From Candidatus Collierbacteria bacterium (GTDB taxonomy: Bacteria > Patescibacteriota > Microgenomatia > UBA1400 > JACPES01): 64,000 bases of DNA. The stretch spans positions 132-64,131 of the forward strand of contig JACRNH010000014.1 in the NCBI GenBank assembly GCA_016219325.1, read 5' to 3'. Position 1 is the first letter of the stretch. Each line of letters starts with the position of its first letter. The notes under the pieces were generated by a model, which searched no databases, was not told where the DNA came from, and was given only the letters and a program-made list of their open reading frames with translations. The position numbers and the translations under genes are program-made. Positions 9,776-19,444 of the stretch are shown here, in pieces.

Positions 9776-9776
9776 A

Positions 9777-9796
9777 ATATTCGAATGTTTGAATAT
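9777..9796. promoter_or_regulatory. Putative ArsR operator ATATTC-N8-GAATAT
   Basis: Inverted repeat directly before the ATG at 9775; TTGACA on minus strand at 9821-9826. Confidence 0.65.
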
Positions 9797-9846
9797 AATC
9801 TTATCGTCTGGCTTTCTGATTGTCAACTTGTCTGTATAATCAATCT

Positions 9847-10563
9847 GTGAATTTATTCCTAATCCTTTCCGCTTTGCTGGCGGGATTCTTAATGTTTTTT
9901 GCCCCTTGCACCCTGCCGACTGTTCCGGGATTTTTAGGCTTCATCAGCGGGTCTTCAAAAAAGAATTCCTTAAAAAACGCCCTTTTCTATGTATTTGGGT
10001 TCATGTTGATATTTATTCTGCTTGGAGGGATCTTCGGCATTGGCGGTGCGGCATTGAGACAATATCGCTTAATTCTCCAAAAAATCGGCGGGCTGTTCAT
10101 CATCTTTTTTGGACTGATGACTACCGGATTTCTTCGTCATCCTATTTTTCAATGGTCCTTTAATATTCCTTTATCTAAACATCTAAAACCGGGAAAACCA
10201 GTTAGTTCTTTTCTCTTCGGAGCTGCTTACGGACTGGGCTGGACTCCCTGTATCGGTCCGGTTCTGGGCAGTATTTTGCTTTTGGCATCATCTTTTGAAA
10301 ACGCGACTCAAGGAATCATATTATTAATAATTTTCTCCCTCGGACTAGCAATTCCCTATCTGCTTGTAGCGTCAGGATTTTCTTCAATTGTGGATAATGC
10401 TAAAAAATTCCGCCCTGTTTTCAGGGGGATTGAAATAATCGGCGGAATTCTAATGATAATCATCGGCATATTATTGGTTACCAATAAGTTCGGCCTGATG
10501 GTATCAACAACTTTTAGACTGTTCGATTTTATTAATTACGATAGCTTATTAAAATATCTCTAA
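9847..10563 (+). CDS. ccdA: Cytochrome c biogenesis protein CcdA
   Basis: FAPCTLP and GWTPCIGPVLG motifs; GTG 6 nt after TATAAT. Confidence 0.9.
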   Translation: MNLFLILSALLAGFLMFFAPCTLPTVPGFLGFISGSSKKNSLKNALFYVFGFMLIFILLGGIFGIGGAALRQYRLILQKIGGLFIIFFGLMTTGFLRHPIFQWSFNIPLSKHLKPGKPVSSFLFGAAYGLGWTPCIGPVLGSILLLASSFENATQGIILLIIFSLGLAIPYLLVASGFSSIVDNAKKFRPVFRGIEIIGGILMIIIGILLVTNKFGLMVSTTFRLFDFINYDSLLKYL

Positions 10564-10564
10564 T

Positions 10565-12160
10565 ATGTTTCCATCCTCAAAAATCATCGCCGTATTGTCT
10601 TTTTCTATCTTTTTATCAGGAGTAATAAATATTACTTCAGCCATCTGGTCGCATGCTCCCGATAGGATTTCTTTATTAATCCAATATATCCCGCTGATTG
10701 TCAGCCATACCACCAGAAGCTTGACAATTGTTCTGGGAATTTTTCTGATATTCCTGTCACAGGGATTATTAAAGCGAAAATATCGCGCCTGGCTGTTTAG
10801 CATCGGACTGTTATCCATATCTTTACTCTTGCACGCGCTCAATGGATTAAACTGGGAAGAGGCTTTGATTCTGATTTTTCCTTTGGGAATCTTGATTTTT
10901 TACAAAGATTTATTTGTCGTCGAAAGTAACCGTGCGACAGCCAAGTCCAGAATAAAATATCTTCTGTTAGTATTGACGTTCCTGTCAACCTATTTATTTA
11001 TTGGCTTTCTGGTATTCAGAGACGAACTGATCTATCTCCCATCAGCTCAAGGGCTCGTTGAAAGTCTGGTTAATTTATCCACCGGCCTTGGAAACAGCTA
11101 CATATTCCCTATAACTGATCCTGCTGATTGGTTTTTAAATTCAATCAAATTTGTTGAATTATTTGCGGTTATATTCTCCGTCAGTTCAATATTTGCTCCG
11201 CTGACAGATAAATTACAACCCTCTGAAGATGAACAATTTTTAGCCCAGAATTTAGTCCGGCTTTATTCAGTAAATTCTGTTGCTTATTTCAGCTTATCCG
11301 GCGATAAAAAATATTTTTTCCATAACAATTGTTTTGCGGCATATAAAACCGCCGGCGACACGGCGGTAGTCCTGGGCGACATTATCGGTCCTGATTCTGA
11401 GATCCAGGAATCCTTAAATGCATTTATAAAATATGTTGCCATAAAAGGCTTAACTCCCGTTTTTTTTAATATTAATGAGTCAATGGCGCAGTTAATCCAA
11501 AATTACGGATGGAAAATTATGCCAATCGGATTGGAAGCAGTTCTAGATACTTCATTATTTGACATATCTCAGCCTGAACTAAAAAGCATCCGTTACAGCG
11601 TGAATAAAATAGAAAAATTGGACGCGGCGTATAAATGGTTTTCGGCCAAAGATCTTCCTTGGGAAGCCTTAAAAGACATTGAAAATTTATATCATGAATG
11701 GATTGGGAAAAAACACGCGCCAAAATTAAAGTTTTCCCAAAATTATTATCCCTTACCGGTTGATGAAAACGTAAAAATCCTTGCTGTCTATTCTCCGCAA
11801 GGGGTTCTGTGGGCGGCGTTAAGCTTTCTGCCTTACCAAAACGGAACAAGTTACTCTCTGGATTTAATGATCAGAAGCAAAAATACCCCATACGGAGCCA
11901 TAGCAGCCGGAATAGCTCAGTCAATTGACTTTATGAAAGAGCGCGGCGTCAAGCGGATAAATTTGGGACTGGCACCTTTAGCATCAATCGGAATGCCCAA
12001 GTTTTTGCTGCACAGATTGAATACTATATATAAATACCGTTCTTTATATGAGTTCAAAAAACAATTTAATCCTATTTGGAATAAAAAATATATCGCCCTG
12101 CCAAAATACACTGGTTTGCCAAAAGCCACATTGGCCATATTTCGGGTCCATTCCGCCTGA
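10565..12160 (+). CDS. Aminoacyl-phosphatidylglycerol synthase domain protein (DUF2156, MprF/LysX-like)
   Basis: N-terminal TMs; DKKYFF, LGDIIG, LDLMIR, LGLAPL, LYEFKKQFNP.W. Confidence 0.8.
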   Translation: MFPSSKIIAVLSFSIFLSGVINITSAIWSHAPDRISLLIQYIPLIVSHTTRSLTIVLGIFLIFLSQGLLKRKYRAWLFSIGLLSISLLLHALNGLNWEEALILIFPLGILIFYKDLFVVESNRATAKSRIKYLLLVLTFLSTYLFIGFLVFRDELIYLPSAQGLVESLVNLSTGLGNSYIFPITDPADWFLNSIKFVELFAVIFSVSSIFAPLTDKLQPSEDEQFLAQNLVRLYSVNSVAYFSLSGDKKYFFHNNCFAAYKTAGDTAVVLGDIIGPDSEIQESLNAFIKYVAIKGLTPVFFNINESMAQLIQNYGWKIMPIGLEAVLDTSLFDISQPELKSIRYSVNKIEKLDAAYKWFSAKDLPWEALKDIENLYHEWIGKKHAPKLKFSQNYYPLPVDENVKILAVYSPQGVLWAALSFLPYQNGTSYSLDLMIRSKNTPYGAIAAGIAQSIDFMKERGVKRINLGLAPLASIGMPKFLLHRLNTIYKYRSLYEFKKQFNPIWNKKYIALPKYTGLPKATLAIFRVHSA

Positions 12161-12218
12161 TTGTTTTTTCTTCTAAATTGTATTTAAATAATAAATGACG
12201 GAAGGAGGTGAAACATTC

Positions 12219-12488
12219 ATGAAAAAACTTGACGCGCATCAAACAGGGATGGCGCTGGGAGTATTAACCGGCCTTATCCATGCAGCGTGGTCTGCCCTGG
12301 TTTTCCTTGGCCTTTCTAAGCCGCTATTAGACTTTATCTACGGTATTCATTTTCTGTCAAATCCGTTTATCGTCGCCAAATTCAACTTTTCTAATGCTGT
12401 TATATTGGTGATCTTTACGACTGCAGTTGGATATATTTTTGGCGGATTATTCGCCTGGATTTGGAACTGGCTGCACGGAAGAAAATAA
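12219..12488 (+). CDS. Small membrane protein
   Basis: SD AAGGAGGTGA before ATG 12219; two TMs. Confidence 0.7.
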   Translation: MKKLDAHQTGMALGVLTGLIHAAWSALVFLGLSKPLLDFIYGIHFLSNPFIVAKFNFSNAVILVIFTTAVGYIFGGLFAWIWNWLHGRK

Positions 12489-12490
12489 GG

Positions 12491-12766
12491 CTAATTTAAT
12501 TTCCAAATTGCCCAATTAAGGTATGTGGCAAAAGTTACCCAAACTAAATACGGTGCTAAAAGCCAGGCAGCGGAAGTAGATTTGCGGCGGAAATCTTTGA
12601 TCGTCAGAACGATAGACAACCACAAAACTACTATATTTAATAATCCTAACCTTGGGGATCTAAGCCCAAAAAAGGATAACGACCAATTAGCGTTTAGTAT
12701 CAGTTGAATCCAAAACCAGATCAGCCGGGCACGATGACTCCAGGCTAAATACAAGGAGATCCTCAT
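12491..12766 (-). pseudogene. tspO: TspO/MBR family protein, N-terminally truncated
   Basis: QLILNANWSLSFFG and LLAPYLVWVTFATYLN motifs; the upstream PPxW region is degenerate with an in-frame stop. Confidence 0.7.
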
Positions 12767-12827
12767 TATCTAACTAACCGGCTAGCTGAGGCCAGCTGGA
12801 AAACCAAACTGCTGGTAGAATATTTTT

Positions 12828-13367
12828 ATGGACATAATCTCAAGAAATATTCCTGACGAAATTTTAATTGACAAAGTTAAAGACGGCGATGTTGAAGCCT
12901 TTGAGATGTTGGTAAAAAGATACTCCGGAAAAATCCTAAGTTTTGTTTTTAAGATATTACATGACAGATATATAAGCGAAGAAGTTGTCCAGGATTCTTT
13001 CTTCTCTTTATATAAATCAATTAACCGGGTTGATACAAAAAGGAAATTCTCATCATACTTATATAAAATTGCCAAAAATAAAGCTATTGAGAAATTTAGA
13101 ACAAGGAAAAACCAACTGGCATTGAACGAAGAAATCGTCAGCGGAAACGATGATAATATTTATGAGAAAATCATTAAGTCTGAAAATAAGATCAGAATTA
13201 GAAAGGCCGTTGATGAATTAGAGAAAAAATACAGGGACCCAATCAGCCTTTATTTTTTTGAAAATCTATCATATGACCAAATTGCAGAAAAGCTTTCTAT
13301 TCCAGTTAATACCATAAGAACAAGATTAAAAAGAGGAAAAACGGCATTAAGAAAAAAACTAATATGA
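12828..13367 (+). CDS. ECF sigma-70 factor
   Basis: GDVEAFEMLVKRY, FSSYLYKIAKN, LSYDQIAEKLSIPVNTIRTRLKR. Confidence 0.92.
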   Translation: MDIISRNIPDEILIDKVKDGDVEAFEMLVKRYSGKILSFVFKILHDRYISEEVVQDSFFSLYKSINRVDTKRKFSSYLYKIAKNKAIEKFRTRKNQLALNEEIVSGNDDNIYEKIIKSENKIRIRKAVDELEKKYRDPISLYFFENLSYDQIAEKLSIPVNTIRTRLKRGKTALRKKLI

Positions 13368-13762
13368 AAAAAGACAATAGTCTGAACGATAAAATCATGG
13401 GGCGAGTGGTTAAATTTGAGAAGAAGAGAATCTATTTATATATTTGGGAAGCAGTTATTTCAATCATATTCTTCTCGTCTATCGCTATAATCTTATTCTC
13501 TTTAGCCAAGTTCGTTCTCGAAGAGTCTGAAACTCTGGAAATTATTTCTCTTTTTAAAGAAGACCGGGAAACTATCGGGGACCTTTGGCAAGAAATTTAT
13601 TTTATATTGAAAGAAGAAATCCCCTGGCACCTAATGTTCGGTTTTCTGGGATCTTTTACAATTACCATGGTCATAAGCATAATTTTTATTAAGAATTTTC
13701 ACCTGATAAAAAATCGTCTGAAAACAATCCGCCATTATTTGCGCAAACATATTCTCTCCTAA
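13364..13762 (+). CDS. Membrane protein, probable anti-sigma factor
   Basis: ATGA-type overlap with the sigma gene; two TMs. Confidence 0.6.
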   Translation: MKKDNSLNDKIMGRVVKFEKKRIYLYIWEAVISIIFFSSIAIILFSLAKFVLEESETLEIISLFKEDRETIGDLWQEIYFILKEEIPWHLMFGFLGSFTITMVISIIFIKNFHLIKNRLKTIRHYLRKHILS

Positions 13763-13778
13763 CCAAAACTTTCGTAGG

Positions 13779-13805
13779 TGAAACTTTTCTCAAGTTCCTC
13801 TCGTA
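13779..13805 (+). promoter_or_regulatory. ECF (SigW-like) promoter TGAAAC-N17-CGTA
   Basis: Matches the AAC/CGT ECF consensus, directly downstream of the ECF operon. Confidence 0.6.
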
Positions 13806-13845
13806 TTAATAGATAGGCAGTAAAAAAGAAAGGGGGTGAAATAAA

Positions 13846-14511
13846 ATGAAATCATTAAATATTCTAAAAGGATTAGCTTTCGCGAGTATCATGGGAGTGA
13901 GCACCATTCTTCCCTTGATAACCCCGCAGGTAGTTTTGGCTCGTGATTCCAAATTGGCCATGTCCGGCGATTTGAAAAAACACATTGTCAAAACTATTAT
14001 CGGTAAAAGGTCAATTGTCCGCGGGGGGATAGTAACCGCTAAAAACGATTCCTCATTAACAGTGTCAAAAGACGACAAGTCCTATGATGTAGAAATTGAT
14101 TCCGATACTAAGCTAATGAGGCGATTCGGAGGAGAAAGTTCTTTAAGCGAACTCAATGTTAACGACAAAGTTAACGTTTCCGGCACTTGGGATAGCGACG
14201 ATAAAACCAAGGTTAAGGCTAAACTTATCCGGAATCTTTCCGTCATGAAGAGAAACGCTGTTTTGTCAGGAACCGTTCAGGAAGTTTCCGACAACGGATT
14301 CAAACTGGAAACAGCTAAGAGAGGAACCGAAGAGGTGTCCGTTTCTTCAGACACAAACTTTATCAACCAAAAAGGTGAAGGTATTTCTAAGTCTGATGTC
14401 CAAACCGGCCATAAAATAAGAGTGAAGGGGGTTTGGAATAAAGAAAACCATAAGGAAGATGAAGTCAGCCAAGTTAAAGATTTTAGCTTACCGGAAAAAT
14501 CCGGCAAATAA
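13846..14511 (+). CDS. Secreted protein with two DUF5666-like OB repeats
   Basis: Signal peptide; repeated G.V......L.V...V..DT....L..GDKV.V.G pattern. Confidence 0.7.
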   Translation: MKSLNILKGLAFASIMGVSTILPLITPQVVLARDSKLAMSGDLKKHIVKTIIGKRSIVRGGIVTAKNDSSLTVSKDDKSYDVEIDSDTKLMRRFGGESSLSELNVNDKVNVSGTWDSDDKTKVKAKLIRNLSVMKRNAVLSGTVQEVSDNGFKLETAKRGTEEVSVSSDTNFINQKGEGISKSDVQTGHKIRVKGVWNKENHKEDEVSQVKDFSLPEKSGK

Positions 14512-14540
14512 TATCTTTAAGGCTAACATCAATTTATCAA

Positions 14541-14566
14541 CAAGGCCCTTTGGCAGAAGGGCCTTG
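14541..14566. terminator. Hairpin between convergent genes
   Basis: CAAGGCCCTT-6 nt-AAGGGCCTTG. Confidence 0.7.
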
Positions 14567-14577
14567 GTTGATTAAGT

Positions 14578-16011
14578 TTATTCCGCAAACGTTCCGAATG
14601 AATTCTCAATTAAAGGACCGTAAACTGACCACTTGGAGGCCGGGGCCCGGCCGATCATCATAAATGCCCCCTGACCGTCAGGTCTAAACAATAATGACCA
14701 AAACTCTGTAACATTAATTTTATCTTTAGGCAAATAATGTTCAATTTCCATGGAAATCCGGCGGAACCCTTTCCACGAACTCTCTTTTGGCTCTTTGATA
14801 AACTTCAACTGTTGATAATCCTCCGATTTCGACAAATAATCTTTTATCGCAGTCGTATATACCTCTTCATTCTCTCCCAACGGATTCCATGAGTTTTTAT
14901 CTACAAAAAAGAAGGCCTCTTTCGGCTTCATAAATCCGACTTCTTCCTTATCTTTGGCGTCTTCAACTTTCCAGTCTTTCGGGTAGCGCATTAACCAACC
15001 GTAATTGCTAACGTATGGTTTGTCCGTCAACAATGACTGATCAAACGGCTGTCCTCTCTGGCCGGAACGGGTAACTTTGGCGCTAAACTGCAATTTTCCT
15101 CCAGCAGCCGCCAGAATCATCAGCCCAATTATCCCCGCCAGTAAAACAGTCCATATTTTCTTCTTTTTTCCGGCCGGCTTTTTGACAGGTTTGCCAACCT
15201 CTTTATTCTTAATTAAAAATGAGGCTACTGCAGCAATTAGCCCTGTCCCAAAAACCCAAATACCGATCTTCTGGCCTATATCTATCGCCCTTTCTAATAA
15301 AATTTTAATTATCGGAAACAAAAACGGGGGAATAAAATTAAATGAAGGCAATACCGCTGAAACCTGTCCAGGGGCTGATTTAACGGCCAGAGTCAATACT
15401 GCCCCAGACACAATCAACATAACACCGCTCCCCCGCAATTTTCCTTTCAGTGTTTTTCCCAACCAAAAATGCAGAACCAGCAACAATCCTGATAATGTCA
15501 ATGCCGCTCCCCAAACTATTGGCAAAAAAGAAATTATATTTTTTATCTGTAAAAAAGTTTTCTTTAATTCTGCTCCAGATTCCGGCTTCCCCGACATTTG
15601 GCCTAAAAGATTTGGCAAATCAGTTTTTTCAGATAATTGAGACAACGGCGGTTTTTGGAATAGCTGTTTCGGCAGACCAGATTTAGAAACCGGAGCATAA
15701 AAAAACAAATCTGTATCTTTCCCAACAAAAAAACCTTCCAGTCTGGTTAAATTGGTTTCAACAACGTCTTGGAAAAAATCCGGCGTTAAACCGTTAATCA
15801 TTTGAAGGGCCATAGTATTGCCCCCAGCCGACTTTTTAGACTCCAGACTGATTTGATTATAAATTTCAGTATTCTTGAGGGTCTCAATCCAAAAATCAGC
15901 CTTTAACAATCTAAACCTGATAATGGTTAACAGGGAAAACAATAAAAACAGAACAAAAAACAAATCTCCCGTTACCCACCTGAAAAAAAATCTAAAGAAA
16001 TTTTTCACCAA
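14578..16011 (-). CDS. Hypothetical membrane protein with C-terminal extracellular (PsbP-like) domain
   Basis: Several TMs; YGWLMRYPKDWKV. Confidence 0.6.
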   Translation of the reverse strand: MVKNFFRFFFRWVTGDLFFVLFLLFSLLTIIRFRLLKADFWIETLKNTEIYNQISLESKKSAGGNTMALQMINGLTPDFFQDVVETNLTRLEGFFVGKDTDLFFYAPVSKSGLPKQLFQKPPLSQLSEKTDLPNLLGQMSGKPESGAELKKTFLQIKNIISFLPIVWGAALTLSGLLLVLHFWLGKTLKGKLRGSGVMLIVSGAVLTLAVKSAPGQVSAVLPSFNFIPPFLFPIIKILLERAIDIGQKIGIWVFGTGLIAAVASFLIKNKEVGKPVKKPAGKKKKIWTVLLAGIIGLMILAAAGGKLQFSAKVTRSGQRGQPFDQSLLTDKPYVSNYGWLMRYPKDWKVEDAKDKEEVGFMKPKEAFFFVDKNSWNPLGENEEVYTTAIKDYLSKSEDYQQLKFIKEPKESSWKGFRRISMEIEHYLPKDKINVTEFWSLLFRPDGQGAFMMIGRAPASKWSVYGPLIENSFGTFAE

Positions 16012-16086
16012 TGTTAATTAAGCACTTTTAATCGCCCGCCGTCAAGACCAAAACGGAAACCTGCGCTTCTTTGTTATAGTACGGCT

Positions 16087-16830
16087 ATGGAAATAAAAAT
16101 ATTAAGTTTGAATATTGAAGGCGATAAACATCTGCCGCAGGTAATTAAATTAGTTAAACAGGAGAATCCGGACATTGTTTGTTTGCAGGAAGTATTTGAG
16201 GAAGATTTTCATTTATTGCACCGCCAATTTAATATGCATGGGATATTTATGCCCACGATCTGGATCGACTTTCCGGGGGTCCCGGGATTCAACAAAAGCG
16301 GCCCTTTTGGAGTAGTTTTGCTTAACAAGTTAGCTGGAGAATTCGGGGGAGACTATTATTTTAAGCGCCGGAAACCGGAGCTGCCACTGTATAAAGGCAA
16401 ACCAAATGCCGGAAACAGATGTTTAGTTTGGCAAAAAACCGACAACGGCCTGACTATTGCCACCACTCATTTTACCTGGTCAAAAAATGGACAGACCACG
16501 GAGAAACAAAAAAGAGAGTTGAGTAGATTAATTAAGTTATTAGCTAAATTAAAACCGGATGTTTTATGCGGCGATTTCAATGCTCCCCGCGATCAAGAGA
16601 TTTGGTCGGAAATTTCCAAAAAACTAACCGATAATATTCCATCTGAAGCCAAAACCACCCTAGACCAAAATCTCCATTATTCCCATGGAGCAAAACTTGT
16701 CGTAGACGGATTCTTTACCAATCCAAGAGGCAATTTGGCCATCAAGTCAATCCGGCTGATTGGCGGAGTCAGCGACCATTTGGCAATTTCTGTTATAATG
16801 CATAGTATACAAAACCCTTTTGATAGCTGA
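16087..16830 (+). CDS. Endonuclease/exonuclease/phosphatase family protein
   Basis: SLNI, DIVCLQEV, TTHF, CGDFN, SDH motifs. Confidence 0.9.
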   Translation: MEIKILSLNIEGDKHLPQVIKLVKQENPDIVCLQEVFEEDFHLLHRQFNMHGIFMPTIWIDFPGVPGFNKSGPFGVVLLNKLAGEFGGDYYFKRRKPELPLYKGKPNAGNRCLVWQKTDNGLTIATTHFTWSKNGQTTEKQKRELSRLIKLLAKLKPDVLCGDFNAPRDQEIWSEISKKLTDNIPSEAKTTLDQNLHYSHGAKLVVDGFFTNPRGNLAIKSIRLIGGVSDHLAISVIMHSIQNPFDS

Positions 16831-16926
16831 TAGTTATCGTTTAACAACTCCTTAAACAATAGTTTATTAAGCGTAGTCTCAGTTTGTCAGGGTAATGATA
16901 ATAAATGAAAGGGGGTGACAAACTGA

Positions 16927-17286
16927 ATGGCTAAAAAACTATTTGTGGGCGGACTTTCGTGGGACACTACGGATGCGACGCTATCACAATTTTTCTCTCA
17001 AGCAGGCACTGTAATTTCTGCTGTCGTCATTGTTGACAAATTTACCGGCAAATCCAGAGGATTTGGATTTGTGGAAATGTCCGATGAAGACGCTGATAAA
17101 GCAAAACAAACCTTAAACGGCCAGACTCTAGACGGCAGAGCTATTGCCGTCAATGAAGCCAGACCTTTAGAACGACGCGATGATAATCGTCCCAGAGGCG
17201 GTGGATTCGATCGTGGAGGCAGCGGAGGAGGATTCGACAGAGGCAACAGCCGCCCAAGAAGCGGTGGTTTCCGACGCGGAAGATAA
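16927..17286 (+). CDS. RRM RNA-binding protein with Gly/Arg-rich tail
   Basis: LFVGGL (RNP2), RGFGFVEM (RNP1), VNEARP. Confidence 0.95.
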   Translation: MAKKLFVGGLSWDTTDATLSQFFSQAGTVISAVVIVDKFTGKSRGFGFVEMSDEDADKAKQTLNGQTLDGRAIAVNEARPLERRDDNRPRGGGFDRGGSGGGFDRGNSRPRSGGFRRGR

Positions 17287-17381
17287 TTTAAAGGAAACTT
17301 TAGATTTAATAAAATCGCCGGCGGAAACGATCATGTTGACCGCCTATGCCGGCGTATTTTAGGATTTTCTAGTTGCTGATT

Positions 17382-17627
17382 TTATTTACGTTCCACCGAA
17401 ACCGTACATTCTGTAACCAGCGCGGCAATTGCTCCGACCGCGGCCAAAACCGGAGCCAATACCGCTCCGACTATCCCGATGGTTAACGGAATATTAATCA
17501 ACACATTCCCCTTCTTATCTTTAATGCTGATTTTTCTAACATTTCCTTCTTGAATTAATTTTTTAACTTGAGTCAAAAGATGCTCTCCTTTGACTTTAAA
17601 TGATTCTTCCTTTTTCTTTGTTGGCAT
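17382..17627 (-). CDS. DUF4342 family protein
   Basis: LIQEGNVRKI and IPLTIG motifs. Confidence 0.85.
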   Translation of the reverse strand: MPTKKKEESFKVKGEHLLTQVKKLIQEGNVRKISIKDKKGNVLINIPLTIGIVGAVLAPVLAAVGAIAALVTECTVSVERK

Positions 17628-17644
17628 GATTTTTCACCTCCTTT

Positions 17645-18049
17645 TTAATCCCAAAGCAATATGTGTTTTAGGTCTTTAGCCTTTTTGTAATATTCTTTGT
17701 CGCAAGTGATAAATATTCCGTCTAAAAGAATAGCTGCGTAATGATAGGCGCAATCGTAAACGGTAGTTTTAGTCGCAAACGCCTGTTTCATGGCTTCTAA
17801 AACATGAGAAGATTTTATATCGAAAATAGCTATTGGCAGGCCGGACATTTTTTCAAATGCTAAGGTGGCCTGTTCTTGAATGCAGCCTAAAAATCTCAAT
17901 CCATTGGCAAATTCTAATTTGACTAAAGGAATGGACATTATCCTGGCTTTTTTATCAGCAAACAATTTTTCAAATCGCTTGCGGATTTCCGGCCTTTCTC
18001 CCATCAAAGACGAAATCAGAACCGAAGCGTCAATTATATAAGTTTTCAC
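17645..18049 (-). CDS. VapC/PIN toxin
   Basis: IIDAS, E.AN, TVYDCAY, ITCD motifs. Confidence 0.85.
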   Translation of the reverse strand: MKTYIIDASVLISSLMGERPEIRKRFEKLFADKKARIMSIPLVKLEFANGLRFLGCIQEQATLAFEKMSGLPIAIFDIKSSHVLEAMKQAFATKTTVYDCAYHYAAILLDGIFITCDKEYYKKAKDLKHILLWD

Positions 18050-18276
18050 AATCTACCCTTTTCTATCGCCGCGAGGATCGCAGCAGTATTTTTTCTGGGT
18101 AAATTATCTCCTGCTTCCAGGAATTGCGCCACCGGATCAGAAACAGACTTAGCAGAAGCCATCTTTTGCTCTACGGCCTCTGTTACAAATCTGCTAATCT
18201 GTCCCACCGGCACGATCCTGACCAAATTTTGGTAAGTATAATCCGGGAGACTAACAGTAATACGACTTGTATTCAT
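18046..18276 (-). CDS. RHH-type antitoxin
   Basis: RITVSLP...ISRFVTEAV; overlaps the PIN gene. Confidence 0.75.
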   Translation of the reverse strand: MNTSRITVSLPDYTYQNLVRIVPVGQISRFVTEAVEQKMASAKSVSDPVAQFLEAGDNLPRKNTAAILAAIEKGRL

Positions 18277-18544
18277 ACTTGAAATATGATACTAGTTCAT
18301 AACTATTCTGTCAAGATATTGGTTTACTCGCCAAAACACTTCAATTATTTAAATAATTGAAGTCTATTGATGTTTTTTCTTTATCTCCCACCAGTCTTTA
18401 ACGTCATTTATAAAATGGCGGGCGGCAACTTTTGCCTTGCTAAGATAAAAATAGTATAATGAATATCAAAAATAACATTTGTTAATACTTTCTTACGATC
18501 GTAAGGAAATAGTAACAAATCCAATAGTTTAAAATTGTCGGAAG

Positions 18545-19444
18545 ATGATATTCGATAGAAAAGTTTTTCGGGAAATAATCCAAAGGTTATTTCCTAATAT
18601 CAAAGACGGACAAATCCAAATATTTGACGACGGGTGGGACTATGTTGTATTTGTGATTGAAGGACAAAAGGCGGTCCGTTTCCCCAGGCGGCCGGATTAC
18701 GCCAAAAAACTTCCGGTTGAAGTTGCTTTCTTAAACCATTTTGGCGGTCAATTTCCAGTTTCTGTCCCAAAACTTACTCTGCATGCTGATAAAAAAACCT
18801 GTTTGCCCTACGTCACATACGATTTTATCCCCGGCGTCCAGTTTAAGAAAAACGTCAGTGATACTTTTTCTAAAGAAGAATTACGCTTAATCGCTAGCCG
18901 AATTGGCAATTTCTTGGAAAAGCTCCACTCATTGTCAGTTAACAAAGTAAAAAAATTAGGTGTCCGTCAGGTTGAATCTTTGAAAACGTGGAGAAATAAG
19001 TTTGAGAAAATAAAAACAAATGTCTTCCCCCATATTTCTAGACCGGAACAGAATTGGGCAACTTCAATATTCCAGAACTTTTTTACAATTGTTCAGGAAA
19101 GCCCTATCCCCTTAACCGTTATCCATTCTGACATCATGCCAGAACATATTATCGTTAATCCCAAAACACACACCCTTTCCGGCATTATTGATTTCGGAGA
19201 TATCGAAATCGGCGATCCGGCTTATGATTTTGCTTTTTTGGCTAAATATGGAAAAAACTTTCTGGAGTGGACATACGAAAACTATAAACAGCCAAGGGAC
19301 AATGCGTTTGAAATCAGGCGGCAATTTTATCTGGACCGCTTAGTATTGACCAATCTTGAACATTCTATTGAGATAAAAAATCAAACGATGATTAAGAGAC
19401 ATAAGGCTGAATTAGGCGCTTATATCTCACGAAACGAAGGTTAA
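18545..19444 (+). CDS. Aminoglycoside phosphotransferase-like kinase
   Basis: GWDY, VRFP, HSDIMPEHI, IIDFGD, GDPAYD. Confidence 0.85.
   Translation: MIFDRKVFREIIQRLFPNIKDGQIQIFDDGWDYVVFVIEGQKAVRFPRRPDYAKKLPVEVAFLNHFGGQFPVSVPKLTLHADKKTCLPYVTYDFIPGVQFKKNVSDTFSKEELRLIASRIGNFLEKLHSLSVNKVKKLGVRQVESLKTWRNKFEKIKTNVFPHISRPEQNWATSIFQNFFTIVQESPIPLTVIHSDIMPEHIIVNPKTHTLSGIIDFGDIEIGDPAYDFAFLAKYGKNFLEWTYENYKQPRDNAFEIRRQFYLDRLVLTNLEHSIEIKNQTMIKRHKAELGAYISRNEG

Noticed and set aside
18545-19444. Bona fide aminoglycoside resistance gene
   Set aside because: Only the general APH/kinase motifs are visible; substrate cannot be assigned
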